A stretch of DNA of 29,157 nucleotides from Thermoplasmata archaeon (GCA_046759265.1 JBHIBW010000001.1:1-29157); one strand, 5' to 3'; shown: positions 1 through 8,494, counted from the first letter of the stretch. Notes: generated by a model not told the origin, from the letters alone. Made by a program: numbers and translations.

Positions 1-2533
1 GCCCGCCCGGGTAGCGGCGCTCCTCGGCCTTGTAGGTCCGCATGAAGCTGGAGCGGCCCAGGCCGCGCTCCACGGAGGCCTTGTTGATGACGACCGCGTC
101 CTCCATGTTCCACCCGTGGAAGGACATGACCGCCACGATGAAGTTCTGGCCCGCGGGCCGGCGGTTGAAGTTGAGGAAGTGCATGGCCTCCGTCTGAACC
201 ATGGGGGCCTGCGGGTAGTGGAGGAGGTGGCCGCGAGTGTCGGGCCGGAGACGGTAGTTGGACGCCGAGAGGCCCAAGGACTGCTTGATCATGCCGGCGC
301 CCATCGTGACACGCGGGGAGGAGTTGTGCTCCGCGTACGGGACGAGGCCCGCACTGACCCCGAGGATGACCAGGGGGTCGATCTCCATGTGGGTGTGCTC
401 TTTCGTCAGCAGGCTCTCCCCCTCGAGCGTGGACTGACAGAAGTGACACTGCAGTTCGACGAGCCCCGATTCGCTCCCCGGGTTGACCCAATCCACGTCC
501 CCCCGTGAGAGGGCGTGTCCGCAGGCCGAGCAGTCGGGGGGAACCCCGTATCCGTACAGGGCGATGAAGGCGTCCTCCTCCTCCTCGGCATCGATCCACT
601 CCACGATCCCGTTGTCGATGATGTCGGTCCAGCGGAGCTTCCCGATGCGCAGATCTTCGAGGTCCTTCCGCGTCAGGACCGGTCTGCCCTCCCGCAGGAC
701 CAGGAGGGGACGTCGCATCCGGCCTTCGTCGCAGTTGATGATGATCTCACTCATCGAATGGTCGAAGCGGATGTTGACTTCGTGGCTCAGGAGCCCGGAG
801 CGCCGGCGCCCCCGGATCTCCTCGACGAGGGTCTCCGGTTCCTCGTGCAGCCCTACGAGGTCCCCGTTGACGTACACACGGGTCAGTTGGGTCTGCTGGC
901 CGGCCACGCGTCGAGTTCCGAGGTCGGCGAGGAGGAGCTTGACGGTGTCCTCGTCGAACCCCTCGGAGACGTCGATGACGAGGGCTGCATTTTTTACCAG
1001 GCCACAATTCTGCCCCTCCGGGGTCTCGTTGGGGCAGAGGCGCCCCCACTGAGTCGGGTGCAGATCCCGCGCCTCGAAGTGGGGCTGGCTCCGCGTAAGG
1101 GGCGAGGTCACACGACGCAGGTGGCTCATCGCGCTCATGTGGGACGTGCGATCCAGGAGCTGGGACACCCCGGCCCGGCCGCCCACCCAGTTTCCGGTGG
1201 AGAGCGCGTGCAGCAGCCGCTGGGACAGGAGGTCCGGCCGGATCGCCGCCGAGATCTTCAGTCCCTTGCCCCGGGCGTAGCTGCGCTCCAGCTGGTATTT
1301 GAGGTCCTTGATGAGGTTCGCGAAGGCCACGCGGAAGAGGTCCTCCATGAGGTCCCCCGCCAGCTTGAGGCGCTTGTTCGCGTAGTGGTCCTTGTCGTCG
1401 GGGCGACGCAGGTCCAAGGAGAGTTCCAGGATCGTCCGCGCGATCCGGCCGAGGAAGAGGGCTTTCTTGAGTCGATCCTCCTTCCTGTCGCCTAGGTGCG
1501 GCAGGAGGGATCGGTCTAGGATGGAGTCCACCTTGCGAATCCGGTACTCCTTGGCCTGCCCCGTGGCGAACTTCTTCTCCAGGTAGAGGAGGGCGTCCTC
1601 CTGGCTGAAGATCCCGGTGGGCGGGTAGAGCTTCTTGTTCTGGATCTCCTCGAGGTTCGCGAAGACGATGTTGCCCATCTGGGGGGTGGCGACGATCCCG
1701 TTGAAGATGTCCTCGTCCTTGTCCATCCCCAGAGCCTTCAGCAGGTTGACGAGGGGGATCTGGCCGGAGGCCGTGGGGACGGTGACCATGAGGATGCCGT
1801 CCTTCTTCTTCTCCACCAGGGTAAGGGCGCGGTATCCCTCTCGTTGGGAGAAGACCTTGGCGACCTCCATCCGGCGACCGTACCGCTCATTGAATTCGAC
1901 GAGGACGCGATTGGGGGCCAGATCTTCCAGGGAGATGAGGACCCTCTCCGTGCCTCCGATGATGAAGTATCCGCCCGGGTCGTAGGGGTCCTCGCGGAGG
2001 TCAATGAGTTTTCGATGGTACTCTTCGTCGAGGAGGTCGTATCCGTCCTCCAGATTCTCCCGGTAGAGGCGGCACTTCTTCGTCTTGACCATCACCGGGA
2101 GGTTGCCGATGAAGACCCGCGTCGGCTCCCGCTCGATGCCGTCCTCAGAAACCGTGAAGTCGAGGTAGAGGGGCGCCTGGTAGGTCAGGTTCCGGAGGCG
2201 GGACTCCATGGGGGTAAGGGGATGCGACGCCCCGTTGGCCTCCTTGACCTCTGGGAGCTTCACGTGGATGGTGGGTTTCGCGTCGGGGGGAATCCGTCCG
2301 CCGTCGTCGGTGCGGCGGCCGAACCGGATCTCGACCTTCCGACCCTCGGTCCGATCCTCGTCGAGCTTGATGATGCCCCGTCGCTCGTCGTCCACCATGG
2401 CACGAAGGCTGTCCACGATGCCTTGCATGCGGCTGTTGAGGTTGTCCTCAGACGCCAGGAAGTCGTTGAAGCTGGCGATATGGTGGTTGACGATGCTTCG
2501 CTCCCGAAAGAACGCGTGTACGAGCTCCCGCAT
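1..2533 (-). CDS. rpoB: DNA-directed RNA polymerase subunit B (fused B''+B'), runs off the left edge
   Basis: Hand translation from ATG at 2533 (MRELVHAFFRERSIVNHHIASFNDF). Contains RpoB motifs GGYFIIGGTERV, DHYANKRLKLAG, RDLHPTQWGRLCPNETPEGQNCGLVKN and PYAEHNSSPRVTMGAGMIKQ with no stop. Absent from the ORF track because it is truncated. Confidence 0.97.
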   Translation of the reverse strand, partial: MRELVHAFFRERSIVNHHIASFNDFLASEDNLNSRMQGIVDSLRAMVDDERRGIIKLDEDRTEGRKVEIRFGRRTDDGGRIPPDAKPTIHVKLPEVKEANGASHPLTPMESRLRNLTYQAPLYLDFTVSEDGIEREPTRVFIGNLPVMVKTKKCRLYRENLEDGYDLLDEEYHRKLIDLREDPYDPGGYFIIGGTERVLISLEDLAPNRVLVEFNERYGRRMEVAKVFSQREGYRALTLVEKKKDGILMVTVPTASGQIPLVNLLKALGMDKDEDIFNGIVATPQMGNIVFANLEEIQNKKLYPPTGIFSQEDALLYLEKKFATGQAKEYRIRKVDSILDRSLLPHLGDRKEDRLKKALFLGRIARTILELSLDLRRPDDKDHYANKRLKLAGDLMEDLFRVAFANLIKDLKYQLERSYARGKGLKISAAIRPDLLSQRLLHALSTGNWVGGRAGVSQLLDRTSHMSAMSHLRRVTSPLTRSQPHFEARDLHPTQWGRLCPNETPEGQNCGLVKNAALVIDVSEGFDEDTVKLLLADLGTRRVAGQQTQLTRVYVNGDLVGLHEEPETLVEEIRGRRRSGLLSHEVNIRFDHSMSEIIINCDEGRMRRPLLVLREGRPVLTRKDLEDLRIGKLRWTDIIDNGIVEWIDAEEEEDAFIALYGYGVPPDCSACGHALSRGDVDWVNPGSESGLVELQCHFCQSTLEGESLLTKEHTHMEIDPLVILGVSAGLVPYAEHNSSPRVTMGAGMIKQSLGLSASNYRLRPDTRGHLLHYPQAPMVQTEAMHFLNFNRRPAGQNFIVAVMSFHGWNMEDAVVINKASVERGLGRSSFMRTYKAEERRYPGG

Positions 2534-2535
2534 GC

Positions 2536-2790
2536 TTACCTCTCCACGACGACCCGGTAGGCCACGAACACCCCGGCCGTGGCGCTCCGGCGAATGACCT
2601 TGATGACCCGGCCCTCCGCGACGGACTCGCCGACCACCTCTTCGAGGAAGCGGATGGCGGGGTCCGCACGCTTGATCTTCGGCAGCTGCTCCCGACCCAC
2701 ACGGAGTTCGGCCAGGATGCCGTCGGCCTCCTTCTCCGAGAGGAGGTGGTGCTCGGGGACCATATCGTGCTCCATCACGTTAAAGGCCAT
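2536..2790 (-). CDS. rpoH: DNA-directed RNA polymerase subunit H (Rpo5)
   Basis: HDMVPEHHLL...QLPKIKRADP...KVIRRSATAG..YRVV signature; directly upstream of rpoB. Confidence 0.96.
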   Translation of the reverse strand: MAFNVMEHDMVPEHHLLSEKEADGILAELRVGREQLPKIKRADPAIRFLEEVVGESVAEGRVIKVIRRSATAGVFVAYRVVVER

Positions 2791-2818
2791 GGGTGTCCTC
2801 CTACGGCTGGCCGCCCGA

Positions 2819-2991
2819 CGGGCCCGCGGGGACTTTCGCTGCGCCTCCGGACGAGGCGCAATTTCGAACCCCGGACCATCTGGTTTCAGCGCAATCGCTC
2901 CCAGGAATTGCTCCTAGAGCATTGCCTAAAAGCCAGACGCTCTTTCTAGGGACCAACCTCCGGCCGTCCAACCTAGCTGAGCTACGGGCCC
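2819..2991 (-). tRNA. tRNA-Lys(UUU) with three introns: 2970-2944 (27 nt, 20/21), 2926-2885 (42 nt, 37/38), 2862-2833 (30 nt, 59/60)
   Basis: Reverse complement gives acceptor GGGCCCG/CGGGCCC plus G73, D-stem GCTC/GAGC, anticodon stem TCTGG/CCAGA with CT-TTT-A (anticodon 2930-2928) and T-stem CGGGG/CCCCG with TTCGAA..T. Removing three hairpin-forming inserts leaves 74 nt. Confidence 0.92.
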
Positions 2992-3155
2992 AGGGGGCGG
3001 CGGTGCGCAGGGTAAATTCAAGCTCCAGGCTGGGATAAACCTTACGGTGTGTCATGTCGGGCCAAATCGCCTCGATGTGCCGGGCCTCGAGTGGCCAGGG
3101 GCGATGGGGAGCGCGGCTATTTAATGCTCCCCCCATGCGGGGAGCCAGGGAATCC

Positions 3156-3162
3156 TTTTAAG
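3156..3162 (+). promoter_or_regulatory. Probable TATA box for the zinc-ribbon / EF-1beta transcript
   Basis: TTTTAAG in a GC-rich background ~25 nt upstream of GTG 3185, consistent with a leaderless start. Confidence 0.5.
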
Positions 3163-3184
3163 CGCCCTCGGGCTAGAACGAAGC

Positions 3185-3358
3185 GTGCTGGCCTGGATCG
3201 AGACCCAATGCACGACCTGTGGTCGTCCCCTGACGGAACAGGGCTCCGTGATCTTTCGGTGCCCGCGTTGCGGCGATACGACCATCGGACGCTGTGTTCG
3301 TTGCCGGGATCAGAGCGTCACCTACGCCTGCAAGAAGTGCGGCTTCCAGGGTCCCTAG
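3185..3358 (+). CDS. Small double zinc-ribbon protein (DUF1610 / HVO_2753-like), 57 aa
   Basis: Hand translation: ..QCTTCGRPLTEQGSVIFRCPRCGDTTIGRCVRCRDQSVTYACKKCGFQGP*. Four CxxC motifs and the conserved position immediately upstream of EF-1beta. Below the ORF-track length cutoff. Confidence 0.9.
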   Translation: MLAWIETQCTTCGRPLTEQGSVIFRCPRCGDTTIGRCVRCRDQSVTYACKKCGFQGP

Positions 3359-3366
3359 GTGATCGC

Positions 3367-3627
3367 GTGGGACGCGTGGTCGTCACCTTCCGGGTCATGC
3401 CGATGGGACCCGAGGTCGAAATTCCCCCGATCCGAGAGGCCCTGCGCACGTCCTTCGGGGAAGATCTGCGGGACCTGGCCGAGAAGCCGGTGGCCTTTGG
3501 CTTGGTTGGACTGGAGGCTGTCGTCCTGCTGGAGGACGCGGAGGGACGGCTGGAAGCGGCGGAATCGACGATCCAGCGTGTAGCGGGTGTCGGAAGCGTG
3601 GAGACCCTCTCCGTGGACCTGGTCTGA
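3367..3627 (+). CDS. ef1b: Elongation factor 1-beta (aEF1B)
   Basis: GTG 3367 after AGGTGA RBS; MGRVVVTFRVMPMGPEV...EKPVAFGLVGL...VGSVETLSVDLV. This is the 3' part of track ORF 3049..3627. Confidence 0.92.
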   Translation: MGRVVVTFRVMPMGPEVEIPPIREALRTSFGEDLRDLAEKPVAFGLVGLEAVVLLEDAEGRLEAAESTIQRVAGVGSVETLSVDLV

Positions 3628-3685
3628 GCCTGTTATCCCGCCCGCGCCTCGTGGAAAAAGGATTAAATAACCGCTTCTGGGTCTT

Positions 3686-5050
3686 TTGGGCGCCGTGTTC
3701 CCCCCTGCGCTCACGCTGTTGGACGACCTGACGCAGTTCGTCCTGACGTTCTGGCCGGCATTCGTGCTGACCTTCTTCGTCGTCGTGGCCTTCCTCTACA
3801 TCTTCGCCTATCTGAACCGCTTCTTCGAGTACCTGAAGGCCCAGGAGAGCCGGTACCTGGACCGTCGGAACCTGGAACTCATCAAGCGGGTCATCATCGG
3901 GACGTGGACGTTCCTGGGGCTGGTCGTGATCCTGGTGGCGTTCGCCGCCGGCTCCCCCCTGGTCCGGGACTACACGGTGCAGGTGATCCTGCACATGCCC
4001 TCCATCCTCTTCGTGACGTTCGTCCTGATGGCGGCCGTCGTCGGCGCGGGCGCGGTGCGCCGGTACCTGACCTACCTCCGAGGCCAGCTGGAGGAGAAGC
4101 CGGAGAAGGTCATCCCGGCGCGGTCGTTCGCCGTCACGGAGGTGTTTGTCCGGTACGCGTTCTACCTCTTCGGGGTCGTCGTGGCCATCATCGGCGGACT
4201 GGCCTTGCTGCCCCCGCAGAACTCGGCCGTCGCGGACTTCATCAGTACCTACATCCTGGCGCCCCTCGCGCCGTACCTGAGCGTCGCCTTCCTCACCGTC
4301 CTCATCGCCACCTTCGTCATCATGGCCGTCGCGGTTCGGGTGGCGGACTCCTTTTTCTCGGACTTCAAGGTCCGGACGACCAAGTACAACCCGCGGGTCC
4401 TGGAACTCTTCCGGACGACCACGAAGTATGCGATCTACGCGGGCGCGGCCCTGGCCATCATCTTCCTCATCCTTTCAGTCAACTTCTCCGCCGATCAGCT
4501 GCTGCTCATCGGGCTCATCCTGGTCATCGCGGGCTTCGCCGGCGTCCTAGTCCTATACGAGGCGATTAGCGACGCCCTCGCGGGGGTGGCCCTCATCAAC
4601 GCGGATCCCTACCAGGAGGGAGACCGCATCAAGATCGGGGAGAACATGGTGGCGGACGTCTTGGAGGTCAACCTGACCCTCACCAAGGTGAAGAACCTCC
4701 GGGGGGAGGTGGTGAACCTGCCCAACAAGGAGCTCCTGGCCGAGACGATCACGAACTTCAGCCGGTCCAAGAACTACGCGATGACGGTGGACGTCACGGT
4801 GAGCTTCGACCGGCCCCACCGGAAGGTGGAGTCCCTCCTGACGGAGGCGGCGCAGCGGGTGGAGGGCATCCTGACCGATCCCGCCCCCGTCGTGTACGCG
4901 CGCGAGATCCACGGCAACGCGGTCAGCTACCAGCTCTGGGCCTACATCTCCGACCCGGCTCAGATGAAACAGATCAAGAGCGAGCTCATCTCCCGTGCCC
5001 AGGAGCTGTTCCACGAGGAAAACATCAAGCTTCTGTTTCTACAGGTTTAG
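3686..5050 (+). CDS. mscS: MscS-family mechanosensitive channel with extended N-terminal membrane region
   Basis: ALAGVALINADPYQEGDRIKIG..DVLEVNLTLTKV...VVNLPNKEL...ITNFS core and C-terminal alpha/beta domain. Start may be TTG 3686 or GTG 3695. Confidence 0.88.
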   Translation: MGAVFPPALTLLDDLTQFVLTFWPAFVLTFFVVVAFLYIFAYLNRFFEYLKAQESRYLDRRNLELIKRVIIGTWTFLGLVVILVAFAAGSPLVRDYTVQVILHMPSILFVTFVLMAAVVGAGAVRRYLTYLRGQLEEKPEKVIPARSFAVTEVFVRYAFYLFGVVVAIIGGLALLPPQNSAVADFISTYILAPLAPYLSVAFLTVLIATFVIMAVAVRVADSFFSDFKVRTTKYNPRVLELFRTTTKYAIYAGAALAIIFLILSVNFSADQLLLIGLILVIAGFAGVLVLYEAISDALAGVALINADPYQEGDRIKIGENMVADVLEVNLTLTKVKNLRGEVVNLPNKELLAETITNFSRSKNYAMTVDVTVSFDRPHRKVESLLTEAAQRVEGILTDPAPVVYAREIHGNAVSYQLWAYISDPAQMKQIKSELISRAQELFHEENIKLLFLQV

Positions 5051-7394
5051 CGGCCTCCACCGCTTTCCGGACCATAAGCACGGGGGAGGTGACGCGTTTC
5101 GCGATGCGATCTTCGAGCGGGCCAAAGGCATACTTCCGTAACACCCAGGTCGGGCTGGCCCCCATGACGAGGAGGTCCGTGTCGCGGGCAGCGCGCTCGA
5201 CCGCGCTCAGGACGGAGCCGGAGTAGACGATCTTGTGCTCGTGGGGAACCTCCGCCTCCTCGAACACCTCCATGAGTCGATGCGCGAGGGCGATGGCCTC
5301 CTCCTCCTGAGCCCGCTGGGGGACGACGGAAAGCACGGTCACCCGCGCCTCGTTCTCGCGGGCGAGCTGGGCCGTGATCCGCGCCGCGTAGTTCACGTGG
5401 GAGGCCCGGCCCGCCAGGAGGGTGATGCGCTCCAGCTTCTCCTTCATCCCCAGCGTCTTAAGGACGACCACGTCCACGTTGACCCCCTGGACCAGGAAGT
5501 CGATGTTGCTGCCTAGGATCCGTCCGCCCCGGGCCGGCCGCTCCCCGCGCCACCCGAGCACCAGGAGGTCCGCCCCCTCCTGCACCACAGCCTCCAGGAT
5601 CGTCTCGTAGACGCGGTGGGCGATCTTCACGACGACGGACACGGGGACCCCGACGTCGCGGGCCGTCTGCTCCGCAGGGCGGAGGGTGCGGATGCGGTCG
5701 TTGACGTACGAGAATCGCACGGACTTCGGCGGCATGTTGCGGGGCACCTCGATCACGTGGAGCAGGAGGAGCTCGGATTCTCGCTCCCTCGCGATCTGGG
5801 CGGCGGCGCGAACCATCGCGAGATTGCCGGGATCTCGGATGGGCAGAAGGACGCGACGGCCCTCCGGGGCCACACCCCGAGTCGGGGTGGCGATGACCTC
5901 CAGGATCTCACGCCGGATCACCCGTGGCTTCTCGATCTCGGTCCGTCCTCCGGAGAAGAAGCGGTACGCGAGGCCGATGCTCAGCCAGAGGATCGCGATG
6001 TACCAGGCGACCTGGCCCGAACTAACGCCCCCGATTTCTTGGCCTGAGAAGTTCAGCACGTACACCGCGAGGCCGATGTTCGCGACGATGCCCAGGATCG
6101 GGATGTAGGGAAAGAAGGGAACGCGAAAGCCCGGCTCGAGATCGGGCCGCTTCCTCCGGAGGGCAATCAGGCTCATGTTGGCGATGGCGAACAGCAGCAG
6201 GAACATGACCGCCGCCGACGCGGCAATCTGCTCGATGGGGAGGACCAGCGCGAAGATCGTGATGATGATCCCGCTGACGAGGACGGCGTTCGCGGGAGAC
6301 TGACGCTTGGGGTGAACCCGGCCCAGGGTCCGGGGAAGGGTCTCGTCGCGCCCCATGGCGAAGCTCACGCGAGAGGCGGAGTAGATCGTGGCGTTGAGGG
6401 CGGAGGTGGTCGCGAGAAATCCCCCCGCGAGCATGATGGCCAGACCGAGGGGGCCGGCGAGGGACTCGCCCGCCCGGATCATGGCGAGTTCGGGGTCCGC
6501 GGCCGCACCCAGACACAGATAGGCCTGTGAGGGGACGGCACACTCGATCACCCCTAGGGCCACGATGAAGGTGAGGACGTAGAAGATGACCACGACGAAG
6601 ATGGAGAGAAAGATGGCCCGGGGGATGTTTCGCTTGGGGTCCTTCACCTCCTCCCCGGACTGCGCGATGATCTCGTAGCCTTCGAAGGCGATGAATGTGA
6701 TGCCCATCGCGAGGAGGATGCCCCCTCCTCCCGCGGGCGCGAAATCGTCAAGGAACCGCTGCGGGAGCGTCGGGTCGCGCACCATGGCGCTGACGCCGAG
6801 GGCGATGAACAGGCCCAGGACGGCCATTTTCCCGATGGTCATGGCGCTCTCGGTGCGGCCCGTGGTCTGGGATCCCACGTAGTTGACCACGACGAAGAAG
6901 GTGACAATGAAGGCGGTGACGCCCTTGGTGAGCGGATTGAAGGTGAGGCCCCCTAACGAGATCTCGGGGGGGAGAATCGACGTTCCCACCCCCAGTTCCT
7001 CCAGCGCCAGGGCGAGGAAGCTGCCGAACGCGGCGGCGTAGAGGGCGCACGCGATAAGCGTGGCGGCCCAGGAGAGCCAACCGCTGATGAAGCCGACCGG
7101 GGGAGGTAGGCTCTCCCGCGCCCAGATGTAGCCCCCGCCCGCCTGCGAGTAGGCCGAGCCGAGTTCGGCGTAGGTGAAGGCGGTGAGGAGGGTCACGAGG
7201 CCGTTGACCACGAAGGCAACGAGGGCCGCGGGGCCCGCCACACGGGCCGCGGAGCCGGTCAGGACGAAGATCCCGGCACCGATCATGGCCCCGATGCCAA
7301 TCATGGTGATATCGAAGAAGCGGAGATCGCGGCTCAGCTCGATGCGAACCTCTGTGCCAGCGGGTTCGCGCGCCTGCAGGACCTCCGCTGCCAT
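5025..7394 (-). CDS. APC-superfamily amino acid permease fused to two universal stress protein (USP) domains
   Basis: MIGIGAMIGAGIF, FIAFEGYEIIAQSGEEVKDPKRNIPRAI and SRVSFAMGRD motifs; C-terminal RRVLLP..ADLLVLG and ..DLLVMGA..PVLMVR USP repeats. Confidence 0.92.
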   Translation of the reverse strand: MAAEVLQAREPAGTEVRIELSRDLRFFDITMIGIGAMIGAGIFVLTGSAARVAGPAALVAFVVNGLVTLLTAFTYAELGSAYSQAGGGYIWARESLPPPVGFISGWLSWAATLIACALYAAAFGSFLALALEELGVGTSILPPEISLGGLTFNPLTKGVTAFIVTFFVVVNYVGSQTTGRTESAMTIGKMAVLGLFIALGVSAMVRDPTLPQRFLDDFAPAGGGGILLAMGITFIAFEGYEIIAQSGEEVKDPKRNIPRAIFLSIFVVVIFYVLTFIVALGVIECAVPSQAYLCLGAAADPELAMIRAGESLAGPLGLAIMLAGGFLATTSALNATIYSASRVSFAMGRDETLPRTLGRVHPKRQSPANAVLVSGIIITIFALVLPIEQIAASAAVMFLLLFAIANMSLIALRRKRPDLEPGFRVPFFPYIPILGIVANIGLAVYVLNFSGQEIGGVSSGQVAWYIAILWLSIGLAYRFFSGGRTEIEKPRVIRREILEVIATPTRGVAPEGRRVLLPIRDPGNLAMVRAAAQIARERESELLLLHVIEVPRNMPPKSVRFSYVNDRIRTLRPAEQTARDVGVPVSVVVKIAHRVYETILEAVVQEGADLLVLGWRGERPARGGRILGSNIDFLVQGVNVDVVVLKTLGMKEKLERITLLAGRASHVNYAARITAQLARENEARVTVLSVVPQRAQEEEAIALAHRLMEVFEEAEVPHEHKIVYSGSVLSAVERAARDTDLLVMGASPTWVLRKYAFGPLEDRIAKRVTSPVLMVRKAVEAAKPVETEA

Positions 7395-7533
7395 CTGGCG
7401 CTCCCGGCGCGCGGCTAGCAGGCCCCCCGTTTAAAAGCTTTGGCCGGTGGTTCTCCGCCGTGCCCTCCTCGCACTCTCAGCGAAGATACCCAGACGGGGC
7501 AGCTTATGTAGGCCCACGGTCCTCCGGCCCCCC

Positions 7534-8424
7534 GTGCTCCTCTCCATCCTCCGCCTGCTCGTGGGGGCGCTCCTCCTCTCGTTCGCTTCCATCGCCGATT
7601 GGCGTACGAGGCGAGTCGGTGACGGCCCGTGGGCCCTCATGGCCGGCATCGGTCTGGCCCTCCTCGCGACCGAGCTTGTCCTGACGACGGAGAACCCCCT
7701 CCCCTACCTGATCCTCGTCCCCCCGGCGCTCCTCTTCCTGGACGTCCTCTGGGAGAGGGGGGGAGGGCGCTTCATCTACGGTTCGACCGTCCTCTTCTAC
7801 GGACTGAGCGGCCTTGCCGTCCTCCTTCTCGTCTTCGGTTTCTCGGGCCAGGGGCCCGACGAGCAAGCCCTGATCATTCGGGGGCTGGGCATCTTGACGG
7901 TGATCCTCCTGGGATACGCCTTCTACTATCTGGGACTCCTCAAGGGCGGGGCCGATGCAAAGGCCTTCATGGCCATCGGCGTCCTCGTTCCGGGCTATCC
8001 CACGCTCGGGCCTCTCCCGCTTCTCGCGATCGGTCCCCCTCTTCTGGCCCCCTTCGAACTCCTCTTCCCCTTCGCCTTGACGACCCTTCTCTGGGGGGCC
8101 CTCCTACTCGTCGGATTGCCCGTCGCCTTCCTCCTCCGCAACCTGGCCCGCGGGGACCGCCGTTGGCCTCAACTCCTCCTCGGCTACAAGGCGCCGGTGG
8201 ACGAGTTGCCCCGGTTCGCGTGGACCCTTCAAGAGCTGACGGAAGGCCGAATCCGCCATCACATCGTCCCGCGCACGACGACCGGGGAGGCCGACCTGGA
8301 GGCCCTGCGAGCGGCCGGCGTGGACCGCGTGTGGGTGACGCCCCAGATCCCGTTCCTCATTCCGCTCACGGTGGGGTTCGTGCTCGCGTTCCTCGTGGGG
8401 AACCCACTTTTCGCTCTCTTCTGA
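7534..8424 (+). CDS. A24-family prepilin/preflagellin peptidase (FlaK/PibD-like) with A24B C-terminal domain
   Basis: ASIADWRTRRV and GGADAKAF catalytic-aspartate motifs; C-terminal VWVTPQIPFLIPL. GTG 7534 is preferred over the track start at 7447. Confidence 0.85.
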   Translation: MLLSILRLLVGALLLSFASIADWRTRRVGDGPWALMAGIGLALLATELVLTTENPLPYLILVPPALLFLDVLWERGGGRFIYGSTVLFYGLSGLAVLLLVFGFSGQGPDEQALIIRGLGILTVILLGYAFYYLGLLKGGADAKAFMAIGVLVPGYPTLGPLPLLAIGPPLLAPFELLFPFALTTLLWGALLLVGLPVAFLLRNLARGDRRWPQLLLGYKAPVDELPRFAWTLQELTEGRIRHHIVPRTTTGEADLEALRAAGVDRVWVTPQIPFLIPLTVGFVLAFLVGNPLFALF

Positions 8425-8440
8425 GCCTGGTGGCCTTGAG

Positions 8441-8447
8441 TTTATAA
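8441..8447 (+). promoter_or_regulatory. Probable TATA box for hppA
   Basis: TTTATAA ~50 nt upstream of the ATG, with a GAGGGT RBS-like element before the start. Confidence 0.5.
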
Positions 8448-8494
8448 GGGGCTCGAACGTCCTCCGCCCGAGACTCCCTGCAAGAGGGTAAGTT

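Noticed and set aside
116-2702. Many plus-strand and off-frame ORFs over rpoB/rpoH (for example 515..1495), and similar ones over polC, hppA and the ribosomal genes
   Set aside because: Antisense or shadow frames typical of GC-rich coding DNA; no recognisable motifs.
2793-3136. Track ORFs 2793..3038 and 2801..3136
   Set aside because: They overlap the tRNA-Lys gene and have no protein-like features.
3049-3366. N-terminal extension of EF-1beta in the 192-aa track ORF
   Set aside because: The RBS and homology start at GTG 3367, and the upstream region encodes the zinc-ribbon gene in another frame.
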